From positions 24,056,001-24,120,000 of the forward strand of contig NC_083228.1 in assembly GCF_032191835.1 (NCBI RefSeq): a DNA stretch of 64,000 nucleotides, written 5' to 3'. The notes under the pieces are model-generated. The model ran no database searches. It was given only the letters and a program-made list of their open reading frames with translations, and had not been told where the DNA came from. Position 1 is the stretch's first letter. Every line of letters begins with the position of its first letter. This document shows positions 26,333-39,254 of the stretch, piece after piece. The translations under genes and the position numbers were made by a program. This DNA is from Heteronotia binoei (Eukaryota).

Positions 26333-27005
26333 CCATAGGGTTATTAAAGCAAGAGTTGTTCAGAGGCGGTTTGCCATTGTCTGTTGGTGAGATGCATAAA
26401 TTTGTCTTTCTCATTAGTTAGGGGAAAAAAGGATGCTGGCTGATTGTTACTTGTTGATTACAGTGGATATTCCTGTAGCCTTTCATGCATCATGACTGAA
26501 CTTCCTGCTTCTCTGTCAGGTTAGAGAAGTACAAATAGTCATCAAAAATGTACCTGTGAATAAGCTTACACTGTTTTTGGATTTATATCTGGTTCCAATC
26601 AGCATAGAAAGGCTGTATTTTTCTATTTTAGATATCTTTAGATTCTGATGATTTGAAAGGCTCAAATGGTGGTTTGCTCAGGGCTGGTAACACGTTAGAA
26701 AGGTTCCCACTAAGAAACTTATGCCTAATGGGAAATGCCAACTGCATGGTACCTTTGAGGAAACCCCTAATGTGCCTATGAAAAGAAAAAAATTACACAA
26801 TCTTTTACAGTCCAACGAAGTGGCCACTGCTGCAACCTGTTTTTTTTTAAAGGTATCCAGTCTTAGAACCTGATTCCAGTTTTTGGGTAGAAAGGGAATG
26901 ATGCCTTTGTAAGCAAGCAGATGTATCTGCCGTTGGCCAGTCTCTGATGCCAGGAACCTCAGGTGGGAGAGGCTTGTCTTAACCATCTCTTTTTTCTTTT
27001 TTAAG

Positions 27006-27056
27006 ACTGGCAGTGGGGCTTGTCTTCAAGGCTTTTCTGTCTTCCATACCAATAAG
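27006..27056 (+). other. candidate 51-nt host exon
   Basis: Long polypyrimidine tract with AAG acceptor and AAG|GTAAGA donor. Two frames are open (TGSGACLQGFSVFHTNK or LAVGLVFKAFLSSIPI). Confidence 0.35.
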
Positions 27057-28354
27057 GTAAGAGTCTCCAAGAAAGCCGAGCTAGGCTCAAGAGTCGTGAT
27101 GGAGTGGCAAGGCTATCAAAACTGGAGGATCAGCCTCACTCCGAGCCAATACCGACTACACAAACATAGCCGGCACATCCATTAGGCAGCATGAGGTGGC
27201 TGCCTGGAGCGTGGCTCTGAGGGGAGGGTGCCAGTTTCGGCACTCCTGCCCACCCTCACTTCCTCAGCAAGGAAAACAGCAAGCTCAGCTGCAGCGTGCA
27301 TGTATGCAGCTTGCTCACTGTCGCTTTGTCTCTGGTGTCTGTGCTTCTAAGCACAGATGTGAGAGGCAGAATGATGGTGTGTGGGGGTGTGTGTGCTTGC
27401 TGAAGCCATAGCCCTGCTGCAGCTGCCACTGAGCTCACCCTCACCTAGGAAGTGAGGGGTGGCAGGGGGTGCCTGGCCTGGGGTGCCAGACTTGTGCCGG
27501 CTCCCCAGTGCTGGTGCTGTACACAAATTTGCATAGCCCTGTCTAGAGTGAGAGGAGGTGTGTCTTGACCAGTTTGGATGACTTTCCGCACTGAAGGAAA
27601 AGCTCATACCCTGCCTCAGATGTTGTTAGTCTTTAAGGTGATACTGTACTCATGCACTTTTTTTTTTAATTGTGAAAAGTGAAATAGAAATCTGCATGGC
27701 ATGAAGAACTTGGAAAGCAGAAATAAAAATAGCTGAATGATCTATCCAAGAGGAAAATATCCCCCCAAAATACTGTATAAATATTTTTGGGTATATTTCA
27801 GCTTTCCAAATGTAACTGAGTTTTTTCGGGGTGTGTGTGTGTGTGGAAATCACAGAAAATTCTTTGATATATTTGGGAACTGCCAGGTGAATCCAAAAAC
27901 AGTGGAGAGGCAGTAGCAAATTACTCCTGCTTCTCAGCTGTTTGTCAGGCTTCTACTACAGTCTCTTTAAAGTTTAAAGAACTGCAGAAGACAGCCTGAG
28001 AATCAGCTGTGCTGGGGGAGCAGACTATTATCCCCAGTTTAGCATGGGGCTGGTTTTTATTCCTGTAAGAGACCCTATAGATTGGACCGGTTAAAATCTG
28101 TGGAAGCTTCATCTGGTAAGGGTGTGGAACATAATAGTGAAAGAATAAAAATAAAAATGAGGATCCCACCTAAGTTGTAGTTTAGGCATATATCCAGTAC
28201 GGATGATTTATTGTTAACAAGGCATAGCTTGGATGGAGATTTCTCCATGTCTACAATCCTTCTGCATATCACACCTAATCCAATCACACCTACTATTGTC
28301 ATTCACCTGCTATTGTCATTTGGCATCTGAAATATATAGGACAGAGGGACTCAC

Positions 28355-28460
28355 ATTCTAGCTGTGTCAGAAGAGGTGAATAGTAACTCACAAAAGCTCA
28401 TACCCTGCCACAACTTTGATAAGTCTTTAAGGTGCTGCTGGACTCTTGCTCTTTTCTGCT
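28355..28460 (+). mobile_element. Penelope pseudo-LTR remnant (also 27590-27655)
   Basis: AAAGCTCATACCCTGCC..AGTCTTTAAGGTG..CTGGACTCTTGCTCTTTTCT occurs twice. A decayed hammerhead-like core is present (CAGAAGA..GTGA/TCAC..AAAA). Confidence 0.5.
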
Positions 28461-28574
28461 GCTACAGTCAAGCATCTTGTTCTTTTTCACAATAAGTATC
28501 TTTACTGGTTGCACTCTGCCTAAGTGCAACCAGTAAAGATACTTGGATACACCTACCAGGTTGTTTGACTCTTA

Positions 28575-28840
28575 GGGCGTTTTCCCACAGAGCTTACCGC
28601 GGAGCGACGTCCCTCTTCACCGCGCAGCGTCTGCGCGGATTTCCCACCAACTGCTCTGCAGAACCAGGAAGAGCCACAGCTTTTGCGTCGCTAACGTAAA
28701 CTGGTTTTTAGCGGTTTACATTTGTGACGCAAAAGGCCTGGCACTTCCTGGTTCTGCGGAGCAGTTGGTGGGAAATCTGCACAGACGCTGTGTGGTGAAG
28801 AGGGACGTCGCTCCGCGGTAAGCTCTGTGGGAAAATGCCC
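28575..28840. mobile_element. PIF/Harbinger-type palindromic MITE
   Basis: GGGCGTTTTCCCAC...GTGGGAAAATGCCC termini, a near whole-length inverted repeat, and a 3-bp TSD TTA on both sides. Confidence 0.88.
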
Positions 28841-29261
28841 TTAATGTCAGAGGTTTTTTTTGATTATTTTTGAAAAATATCGAACAGGCATCTTTGGAAA
28901 CATTTTATTATTCATAGTGGTTAGGTGTCTTCCAGCCACTTGAGAATTCCAATGTAATAGCAACATATGGTTTTTGTTGTTGTTGTTGGTTTGAGGCCCT
29001 TGCTCGACCAGAAGAGAGAGCCTGCTTGGACTGCAGGAATTCTGATTGGAAAGTGCTCCCATTGTCACAATTCCTTTTCACAGATCAAAATACTGAAAAA
29101 CAAATAGGGGTAGTAAAGGCTGTTAAATGGATGGAAACAATTGTACAATAATATTAGTGGATGTTGGATCTGGTGAATCTCAGCAAAGAAAAACAGTGGG
29201 AGATAACTTTAGGGGTTCACATCTGCAAATTCATGTCTTTTATCAGGCTCCTAAAAAGCAT

Positions 29262-29425
29262 TGTCAGCCGCATAGTCTAGCCTAGCCTCATCTTTTCAGC
29301 AGCTAAGGAGGGTTGGGCATGGTTAGGACTCTGGTGGGAGAATATTCAGGAAGACTGGGGTTTCTATGCAGAGGAAGGCAATGGCCAACCACTTCTGCTC
29401 ATCTTATGCTATGAAAACTCCATTA
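29262..29425 (+). mobile_element. degraded 5S rRNA-derived SINE
   Basis: 5S-like AGCTAAGGAGGGTTGGGCATGGTTAGGACT followed by the RTE-like GAGGAAGGCAATGGCCAACCAC. Confidence 0.55.
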
Positions 29426-30850
29426 TTATTTTAGCTAGCATCATTCAGATCAACACATTTTAAAGCTGCACAGAAGAACAGTTTGATAGTAGAACAAATT
29501 CTGAGTAGTGTTGCTGACAAAACACAAGTTGGGGAAATCTGTAATGCAAACTCATCTCCTCAAAGCTGGGTCTGACCATATTGAGGCTATCAATACCCCA
29601 GATACCCCAGGAAACCAGCAAGGGTTGGGTAGGGGCAGGATTTGTTTGGCGGTTTTTTGGAGCAGGAACGCACAGGAACACAGTTCTGGCTTGCTTGGTC
29701 TCGGGGGCGTGGCCTAATATGCAAATAAATTCCTGCTGGGCTTCTTCTACAAAAAAAGCCCTGTGTGAAACAATGGTGACATCAGGAGAGGCCTAGACTG
29801 GCATTACCAGTGACATGCCAGCATCATTTCCACACTGAACACATGTATCTCTGAAGGTCAGAAGCAGTAGCCTGTTTCTACCTCAGTTTGAGATATTTTG
29901 CCACCCACTTGTTAATCAGGATTCACCCTCGAGGTGCCAGGCAAAGGCAGGCTGTTCCTATGCTACACCAGGTGCCAATCCACTGCCCCCGTAAGAGCAC
30001 TATCAGGCTCTGTCCTTAATTAATGAACTTTATCCCTTACATATTAGAACCTGAGCTTCTAGAATCAGCCCTTTCTATGTTCTGTGGCATCCAGCCATAC
30101 ACGCATAAATCAAAGTAACTGCCTTTAGGCAGATTCTAAAATGCCTGTACCAGGTTAATAATGCAGCAGTGGAAATGCTTTCCTGGGACAAAGCCCCAAG
30201 TCACCAAGAATCCCAGAGCTATTAATGTATGATTTCTTTAAAATTGTCTTTAGTAAAGGACATAGATCGTTGGTAATAGTTTGGTATTCAGAGCAAGCAG
30301 CAGATGGATAGTAGATGATAGGTGACGTTTTAGCAGCATTACTGATGCTTCCCACCCATGATTCATGGTAGAACATTTGTCTGTGATATGAAGCACTTTT
30401 TTTGGGTGTGGGGGGGATATCTTTTCCTTCCTTGCCTCGACTGTTAATTGATGTCTGAAACAGGCTAAACAATTGAATGCTTAAAACTGTAAAGACTCTG
30501 GGCCAAGGAATTTGTCTTCTCGCATTTGCAAAGGGCAAGCTTTGCATTATAGAAGATGGTAGCAACGGTCTCCATCGCTCCGGAGAGGTTTCCACTGACT
30601 CCGTTCCTTTATAATTCTGAAAGGAAGAAAAGATCCAATGGAGTAATTTTGCTTTCAACATTATCCCCCTAAATATTCTAAGTACCATTTATTACAAAGG
30701 CTTCAATAGGAGAAAATTGGAAAGCCCTCACAAAAGAAAATAATAGGGAACTGTACTTTTATCAGCATGGCAGCTTTGAGTGTCCCTGAGCGTGGTGATG
30801 ATAATTTCATCTCTGCTTTTTTGCAAACCTTCATTTTTTAACGTTTTCAG

Positions 30851-30946
30851 GACTGAATATTTCTGTAATGGTCAGAAACCATTTGTCCGCAATGTGGCAT
30901 GGGTAGAGTTGTTCAGGCCACGAAACATTTTAATATTATCGCTATG
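30851..30946 (+). other. candidate 96-nt host exon
   Basis: TTTTCAG acceptor and TG|GTGAGA donor; one frame is open (TEYFCNGQKPFVRNVAWVELFRPRNILILSL). An alternative acceptor at 30875 gives TICPQCGMGRVVQATKHFNIIAM. Confidence 0.3.
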
Positions 30947-33437
30947 GTGAGAAAACCTCTCATTATGTTAGTTTTGGACCCAAAATCACAATTTTCAAAC
31001 TGTGTGTCGCAAGAGTCAGAAAAGCACATCTTGCAGAATTAAGCTATTAAGATGGATGCATTTGCCATTCTATTTATCTGTAGAAAACATTTAATGCCAT
31101 GAATTCTCAATAAAAACACTTTTTAAAAGGCATACAATAAAACAACTGGGCTTAAAGTAAGAAGCAGTAATATAAAAATTCATAAGACCACAATAAAACC
31201 ATTAACAAAAGCAGCAATAAATGAGAACTAGAGGAATAATTAGATGTGTTAGTTCTCTAATTTAAAACCAGTGGCAAAACTGGTAGAAAAGCCAGTGACG
31301 ATAAAACAAGAAACATCTTAAGTGCAAAACCTACAGTAAAAGTAATGAGCAAGAGCCTGTAGGGCTAGGTGGATAATTTAGTAATAAGAAGTTTAGGACA
31401 ATAAAAATGTTTTGCCAATTGCCTAAAGGCAACCTGTTTGGAACTGAATAAATTTCTATGGAAAAGAAAAGGCCCTGTCCCTTGTGCTCACCTGCTTTGA
31501 TTCTGAAACTGGGGGCACATCCTCTGTAATTGATTTTAACTGTTGGGCAGGTTTATATGGGAACAGTTGCTCCTTCAAATACCCAAACTGGTGAAGCATT
31601 TTAGGTTTTTATAGGTAATGATCTGCACTTTGAACTGTGCCAGGAAATGGATTGTCAGTGTGAAGCTCTTTAAAACTGGTAGAATTGCCAACCTCCAGGT
31701 GTGGCCTGGAGATCTCAGGGGATTACAACAGATCTCTAGACTACAAAGATCACTTCCCCTGGAGAAAATGATTGTCGGGGGGGGGGTGAGTTGCCAACCT
31801 ACAAGTGGTAAAATACAAAGAAAATACAAAATCTCCAACTGGCGGCTAGAAATTTTCTATTACAACAAAGATAAGTTGACCTGGAGAAAATGGCCACTTT
31901 GGAAGGTGAACTCTATAGCATCATGCCCTTTTGAAGATCCTCTCCTTGCCAAACTCTGCCCTCCTAACGCTCCACTCACAAAATTGCCAGGAATTTCCCA
32001 ACCCATTGTCTGCATTCTGATAATACTTGGGTAGATGAAAGATTCTCTGATGCACATTACCTTACTAGCAAGAAGGTACAGGAGAATACTAGCAGTATTT
32101 TACCATTGCTCAGAAAGCCAGGTGGCATCTGTGAGTTCTGTAGGCCAAGTAGAGCACAAATTGTTGGGAAAACAGTGATAAATGGGCTGTTCTTCTAGGA
32201 GGATGTCAGCCCATTCCCCCGAGTCTTTTTGACTGCAAGTGTTAAGCATGTCTCCAATTTTAATCCAGAAAAAGAACCTTGCCTTGGGTCTCAAAAGTTC
32301 AGGGAATACTACCCTAGAACCTTGTCTTTCTGTTAGGCATTTATTTGCCATTGTATATCTGAATCTTGGGCCATTTCAACATAGGTTATTTGTCTCAGGT
32401 TCAATGCTTTAGAAAAGCTCCCTCCACCACCACCATGCACTTCCTTACAACATCATGGAGCAGTCATACACCTCCTGAGGTTTCCTAATCATCTAATCAT
32501 TGTTTCTCAAACTGGTTAAATTGAAAGTTTTGGTTGAGATCTCAGCAAGGCCTGGATGACTACTGTGGAGGTGGGAAAATTCAGATTTTCTCACCTACAC
32601 AGGAGCCATTTTCCCCTAACCATGTCTCCCTCCACCTTCTTCTGAGGGACTTAAAAAAAAATCAACACTAGAATATCATATCACCGTAATGTCATGCCAG
32701 TATGTGTACTAGTTTCTTCAAATTTCCCAGCTTTCTTTTTTCAAAAGATACATCTCTCCCTTCCATTGCAGAGATATAAGTAGAAAGGCATATCTGTTCA
32801 GTGGAAAAGCCTAGAGACATACTCCAAAAGTCCTGATGGCCAGGGCGGCAGGGGCCACTGTTGGGGCACTGAGGTGGGGAAACTGCCTACCATGTGGAAG
32901 CAGTTGAGCTGCACCAACAATGGGGAAACCCATTTATCAGCAGCTGCATCAGCAATGGGGAAAGCATGCAAGCCAGTCCCTGTGAGAAATGCACCCCCCC
33001 CCCAAACACACACACTTCACTAGGCTAGAAAGATGAAAGCATTCTTCAGTTGAATCCTCCAAAGAAGACTTCTGAGTCCATCCAGCACTACTGGGATTCA
33101 GTACTCTATTTCCTCCTCTTTCCTTTATGGAAACCATAGAATACTGATGCATCTCAGAATCTGCCCTGATGAATCTCTTATGAAGGGATCTTGCTATTTC
33201 TTGTCATTTTCTAAACTTGTTTCCTCTTCCTGTGTATAGGTGAAAATAACATTTAAAAATCCTTTCTTTCTTTTAGCTCATTTCTGAATAAAGCCTAATC
33301 TTTTGGTATCAGTACATAAGAACATAAGAGAAGCCATGTTGGATCGGGCCAATGGCCCATCCAGTCCAACACTCTGTGTCACACAGTCACCAAAAAAAAA
33401 AATTATATATACACACACACACACACACACACTGTGG

Positions 33438-36390
33438 CTAACAGCCACTGATGGACCTCTGCTCCATATTTTTATCCAATCCCCTCTTGAAGCTGGCTAT
33501 GCTTGTAGCTGCCACCACCTCTTGTGGCAGTGAATTCCACATGTTAATCACCCTTTGGGTGAAGAAGTACTTCCTTTTATCCGTTTTAACCTGACTGCTC
33601 AGCAATTTCATCGAATGCCCAGAAGTTCTTGTATTGTGAGAAAGGGAGAAAAGTACTTCTTTCTCTACTTTCTCCATCCCATGCATTATCTTGTTAACCT
33701 CTATCATTTCATCCCACAGGCAACGTTTCTCCAAGCTAAAGAGCCCTAAGCGTTTCAACCTTTCTTCATAGGGAAAGTGTTCCAACCCTTTAATCATTCT
33801 AGTTGCCCTTTTCTGAACTTTCTCCAATGCTATAATATCCTTTTTGAGGTGCAGCGACCAGAACTGCACACAGTACTCCAAATGAGACCGCACCATCGAT
33901 TTATACAGGGGCATTATGATACTGGCTGATTTGTTATCAATTCCCTTCCTAACAATTCCCAGCATGGCGTTGGCCTTTTTTATTGCAAATGCACACTGTT
34001 TGACATTTTCAGTGAGTTATCTACAACGACCCCTCTTGGTCAGTCTCTGCCAGTTCACACCTCATCAACTTGTATTTGTAGCTGGGATTCTTACTTTGCA
34101 CTTGGCCACATTGAACCTTATCTGCCACGTTGACGCCCACTCACCCAGCCTCAACAGATCCCTTTGGAGTTCCTCACAATCCTCTCTGGTTCTCACCACC
34201 CTGAACAATTTACTGTCATCTGCAAACTTGGCCACTTCACTGCTCACTCCCAACTCCAAATCATTTATGAACAAGTTAAAGAGCATGGGACCCAGTACTG
34301 AGCCCTGTGGCACCCCACTGCTTACCGTCCTCCACTGCGAAGACTGCCCATTTATACTCACTCTCTGCTTCCTATTAATCAGCCAGTTTTTGATCCACAA
34401 GAGGACCTGTCTTTTTACTCCATGACTCTCGAGCTTTCTAAGGAGCCTTTGATGAGGAACTTTATCAAAAGCTTTCTGGAAGTCAAGGTAAACAACATCT
34501 ATTGGGTCTCCTTTGTCTATATGTTTGTTCACCCGCTCAAAGAAATGTAACAGGTTAGTGAGGCAACATCTTCCCTTACAGAACCCATGCTGAGTCTTCC
34601 TCAATAACCCGTGTTCATCAATGTGCCTACTCATTCTGTCCTTGATAATGGTTTCTACCAACTTTCGCGGTATTGAAGTCAGACTGACTGGCCTGTAATT
34701 TCCCGGATCTCCTTTGGAACCCTTTTTAAAGATGGGGGTGACATTTGCTACCTTCCAGTCCACAGGAACGGAGGCAGATTTCAATGAAAGATTACAGATT
34801 TTTTTCAGAAGATCCACAAGTTCAACTTTGAGTTCTTTCAGAATTCTTCGATGTATGCCATCCGGACCTGGTGACTTATTAGTTTTTAATTCGTCTATCA
34901 GTTGTAGGACCTCCTCTCTTGTCACCTCAATCTGACTCAAGCCTTTCAACACCCCTTCCAATATAAGTGGTTCTGGAGCAGGCAGACACTTCTCATCTTC
35001 CACAGCGAAGACGGAGGTAAAAAATGCATTCAGCTTCCCAGCCATTTCCCTATCCTCCTTCAGTAATCCTTCTACCCCTTGGTCATCCAAGGGCCCCACT
35101 GCCTCCCAGGCTGGTTTCCTACTTCTAATATATTTGAATAAATTTTTATTGTTGGTCTTTATGTTTTTTTTGCAATATGCTCCTCATAGTCCCTTTTTGC
35201 CTGCCTGATCACAGTCTTGCATTTGATTTGCCACAGCCTGAGTTCCCTTTTATTAATCTCACTTGGACTGTTCTTCCACCGCTTAAAGGAGTCCTTCTTG
35301 CCTTTTACAGCTTCCATTACTTTGTTTGTTAACCATGCAGGCCTTTTCTTATACCTGTTTGTGCCTTTCCTAACTTGTGGTATATATTTTATCTGAGCTT
35401 CTAGGGTTGTAGTTTTAAATAGCCTCCAAGCTTCCCCAAGGGTTTTGACCGTATTTACCTTTCCTTGCAGTTTCCTCTTCACATGTCTCCTCATCTCAGA
35501 GAGTTTACCCCTTTTAAAATTAAACGTGGTTGTGCCGGTCTTTTGGGGCAACTCCCTATTTATACAAATGGTGAAATCAATAACATTATGGTCACTGCTC
35601 CCAAGCGGTGCAATCACTTTTACATCTCTCACCAAGTCTTGGGCATTACTTAGGACCAAATCCAGGTTCGCCCCACCCCTGGTAGGTTCTGAGACCATCT
35701 GCTCCATAGCACAGTCATTGAGAGCATCAAGAAACTCAATCTCTTTTGACCAGAACATATATTGACCCAATCAATCTGCGGGTAGTTAAAATCACGTATT
35801 ACGACACAGTTTTTAGGTTTAGCTGCCATCTTTAATCCTTCCATCATATTATAATCGTCCTCTATCTTTTGATTTGGTGGGCGATAACAAACTCCCATAG
35901 TTAAATTTCCTTTTGTGCCCTCTATTTCAACCCAAACCATTTCTAGAAGGGAATCTAATTCTCTGACCTCAGTCTTACTGGACCGTATATTCTCTCTGCT
36001 ATACAGAGCCACCCCACCTCCAACCCTTCCCTCCCTATCCTTCCGATGTAACTTATATCCAGGAATCACCGTGTCCCACTGATTCTCCTCATTCCACCAA
36101 GTTTCTGAAATTCCCACGATGTCTATGTTTTCTCCCAACACTAAACATTCCAATTCACCAATTTTATTTCAAACACTTCTAGCATTTGCATACAAACATC
36201 TATAATTTCCCAGGCAAGCTAGGCCTGCCGCCTCGAGACTTTGGCAGACAGTCCATACTGTTTGTCACCATCACAGTGGACAACTCTGATCCATTACCCG
36301 GTAGAAAAGTAACAGCTAACACTTCATCTCTTTGAGATGAGTCCTCCCGAACCAGAGACTTTTAATCTCCTGTCGGCTTTCCCCCAATAT
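33438..36390 (-). pseudogene. CR1 ORF2 (APE endonuclease + RT), frameshifted
   Basis: ORF pieces 35650-36153, 35159-35770, 34065-35099 and 33438-33965, with small deletions near 34030-34100. Confidence 0.9.
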
Positions 36391-37298
36391 TTAGTTTAAA
36401 AACTGCTCTGCCACCTTTTTGATTTTAAGTGCCAGCAGCCTGGTTCCATCTGGGGACAAGTGGAGACCGTCTCTTTTGTACAGCTCTGGCTTGTTCCAGA
36501 AAGCATCTCAGTGCCTAACAAACTTAAACCCTTCCTCCTTATACCATTGTCTCATCCACACATTGAGACTTCTAATTTGTGTCTGTCTCTCCTGCCCTGC
36601 AAGTGGAACAGGTAGCACTTCTGAGAAGGCTACCTTGGAGGTCCTGGCCTTAAGTCTCCCGCCTAGCAGCCTAAATTTTTCCTCCAGGACCTCATGACTG
36701 CATTTCTGCCCATCGTTGGTGCCAACATGCACCACGACCATTGGTTCCTCCCCAGCACTGTCTATCAGCCTATCTACTACACACATAATGTCCGCTACCT
36801 TCGCACCAGGCAGGCAAGTCACCATATGGTCAGTACGTGGTTTTGCCACCCAGCTGTCTACTTGCCTAAGGGTCGAATCACCGACTATCAGGACCCCCCC
36901 CTCTCCCTGCCCAGGGATGGTTCCTTGGTGCGAAAGGATTCCTGCTCACCAAATGAAGAAGTGGTCCCTTCTGAGGGTGCTTTCCCCTTATTCGCAGCAT
37001 GGTGCCCTGTTCCCTCTAGACCCTCACGCTGCCTGGCAGCAATGGGGCTGCCACGTTCAGAGCAGGGCTCATCTAATACGTCCCCAAGAGTCCTCCCCGA
37101 GTGCCTAACTGACCGTCTCTGCTTCTCCAGGGCAGTCACCTTGGCCTCAAAGGTACAAACTCGTTCCCTGAGGACCAGGAGCTCCTTGCATCAAGCACAC
37201 ACCCAAGAATTCTGTCCTGTGGGCAGATAGTCATACATGTGACACTCAGTGCAAAACACTGGAAAGCCCCCACCCCCCTGCTGGCATTCTACCTTCAT
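36391..37298 (-). pseudogene. CR1 ORF1 (Zn-binding motif, coiled coil, SGNH/GDSL esterase-like domain)
   Basis: MKVECQQ..FCTECHMY..WVCA*CKEL at the N-terminus, then CLPGAKVADI..VVVHVGTND..NVWMRQWYKEEGF. Contains internal stops. Confidence 0.85.
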
Positions 37299-37462
37299 GA
37301 TAGCTTTTTTTTTTTTAAAATATACAGTCCTCTTTAAATCCTGTTTGTTTAAGTGGCTCCCCTTCTGGAAGGTCAACTTACCTTATTGGGAGAACAAGGA
37401 AATTAAGGATCTGGGTTCCTGGTCCTTACAGAGCCCCCAGGCTAAGAGCCACAGGCCAAGAG

Positions 37463-37516
37463 CCCTTTGGCTCTCGCCCTTTGGCTTTCGCCCTTTGGCT
37501 CTCGCCCTTTGGCTCC
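37463..37516. repeat. 14-bp tandem repeat (CGCCCTTTGGCT[CT]T) x about 4 in the CR1 5' UTR
   Basis: Directly visible in the sequence. Confidence 0.85.
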
Positions 37517-37531
37517 CACCAAAGGCTCGTG

Positions 37532-37940
37532 CCTTTGGCAAGGTGCAGCTTAAAATGCAAAGAGGGTGGGGAGCACAGCCACTCCTAATGAATCAGCACC
37601 AATCACTTTCAATCACCTTCACCTTCAACCCACTCAACCAAACAGCCAGCAGTTCCCCAGCTACCACAACTCAGCTGACTCAGCTTATCTCAGAGCTGCT
37701 CTGCTCTGCTCTCTCTCAGACCTCTCTGAGATGTGCTCAGCCTTTGGCAAGGCGCAGCTTAAAATGCAAAGAGTGTGGGGAGCACAGCCAGTCCTAATCA
37801 ATCAGCACCAATCACTTTCAATCACCTTCACCTTCAGCCCACTCAACCAAACAAACAGCAGTTCCCCAGCTACCACAACTCAGCTGTCTCAGCTTATCTC
37901 AGAGCTGCTCTGCTCTATCTCAGACCTCTCTGAGATGTCA
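37532..37940. repeat. 209-bp tandem monomer x2 at the CR1 5' end
   Basis: CCTTTGGCAAGG[TC]GCAGCTTAAAATGCAAAGAG starts at both 37532 and 37741. Confidence 0.9.
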
Positions 37941-38152
37941 TTGCTTCCCCAATAAACAATGTGAGTTCTTGGTTATACTTAATTGTTCTTGGTTATGCTT
38001 AATTTCAGTGCCTCATGCCATTGTGAGAAGCGGTGCTTCAGATTCTTATGGTGAACTTATATTGTGTTTGACAACCAAAATTACTCATGAGCTGTGAGAC
38101 TATCTCCCCCGCTCCTGGACACTCCACCATGACAACCAAAATTACTCATGAG

Positions 38153-38240
38153 TGGGTTTTTTTTGGCTACTCTGTGACAGAATGTTGGACTGGATGGGCC
38201 ATTGACCTGCTCCAAAATGGCTTCTCTTATGTTCTTATGA
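38153..38240 (+). mobile_element. CR1 extreme 3' end
   Basis: GTTGGACTGGATGGGCCATTGACCTG..CTTCTCTTATGTTCTTATG. Confidence 0.8.
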
Positions 38241-39254
38241 GTAAGGAACTGCAGAAGACAGAAAAAATTCTTTGGGTCACTTGGATCCCCTCTGTTTCTT
38301 AATCTAGTTGGAGGTTACTGTTTCTGAGATATTTTCATTTCTGATCCAGAGATAATTATTTAACTGGAAAATTATTTATGCCAGTCTTTGTTTGCACCTC
38401 ACTGGAAAATGGAAGTGGAAAGGAGTTGAATTTTGAAAGTCACCTATTAACACTATATTACTTCTGAGTGAAAGAAGATAATTTGAAAATAATAGCAGCC
38501 CTTTAAAAGAGCAGTTCAGTTGCATGCTATGCAAACACTGGACTTGGAAAAGAAACAAGAAGCCATGCAGCAGAAGTGTGATATAAGAAGGCATCTTTCA
38601 TGTTCTTATTTTAAACTTTAGTCACCGTATTTGTGTCTTGACTCATTATAACAGATGATACATTTTGGCTCAGTGGAAGCCATTAGGGATAAAGCCAGTG
38701 AACTACCTGCTTCATTTATTATCTGCTAGCTAGCAACATTCTCCATGGGAGGGGAAAAAATCTATATTCCCCATGAATCATCAAACAGAATATTAAGAAA
38801 ACGAGTAAACAATGCTAAACCTGGTGCTCTCTTCTAGTCAAGTATTTGAGGAAGTGGATGAAACCATGGACCACTTTGTGTGTCTTGCTCTGGACGCAGC
38901 AGCATGCTTCCCACCGGATTGAACTGAGGAAACTGGGTCAGTTGTTACTGATGGGAAAGAAAATGGTTATATTTTGGAGGAGGAAGTGCTGTAGTCATAG
39001 GAGGCTAGTTTTTCTGTGCATAGCCCCCAGAAAGGAATGAGATTTTTAAAGACAAGAACATGTTAAACTCTATTATATTTGAACTGGGGGGTCTCTGTCT
39101 CTGTCTGGTGATACTCATGGTGGTGAACTGGTGAAAAACAACTGACAGTATTTTCTTTCTAGAACCTAATATGTCTCCATGGACCCATGGAGTCCTGATG
39201 GTTCCTCCTCACCTGTCTTGGACGTGAATATTTCTATGTCAGGCCGGGATCAAT

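Larger units (their letters stand above)
33315..37940 (-). mobile_element. full-length CR1 LINE (ORF1 and ORF2 disrupted)
   Basis: Tandem 5' UTR, ORF1, APE (GISETWW..RKDREGRVGGGVALY), RT (YRPVSLTS, YLDFQKAFDKVPH, SGVPQGSVLGP, KFADDSKL) and a 3' (CTTATGTT)n tail. No TSD was seen. Confidence 0.93.

Noticed and set aside
30155-30688. 177-aa ORF on the - strand
   Set aside because: No recognisable domain and no convincing splice signals; compatible with a chance ORF.
33916-37230. + strand ORFs of 100-180 aa over CR1
   Set aside because: Antisense shadows of CR1 ORF1 and ORF2.
38069-38152. CRISPR-like repeat-spacer-repeat
   Set aside because: Only two repeats, in a vertebrate context, with no cas genes.
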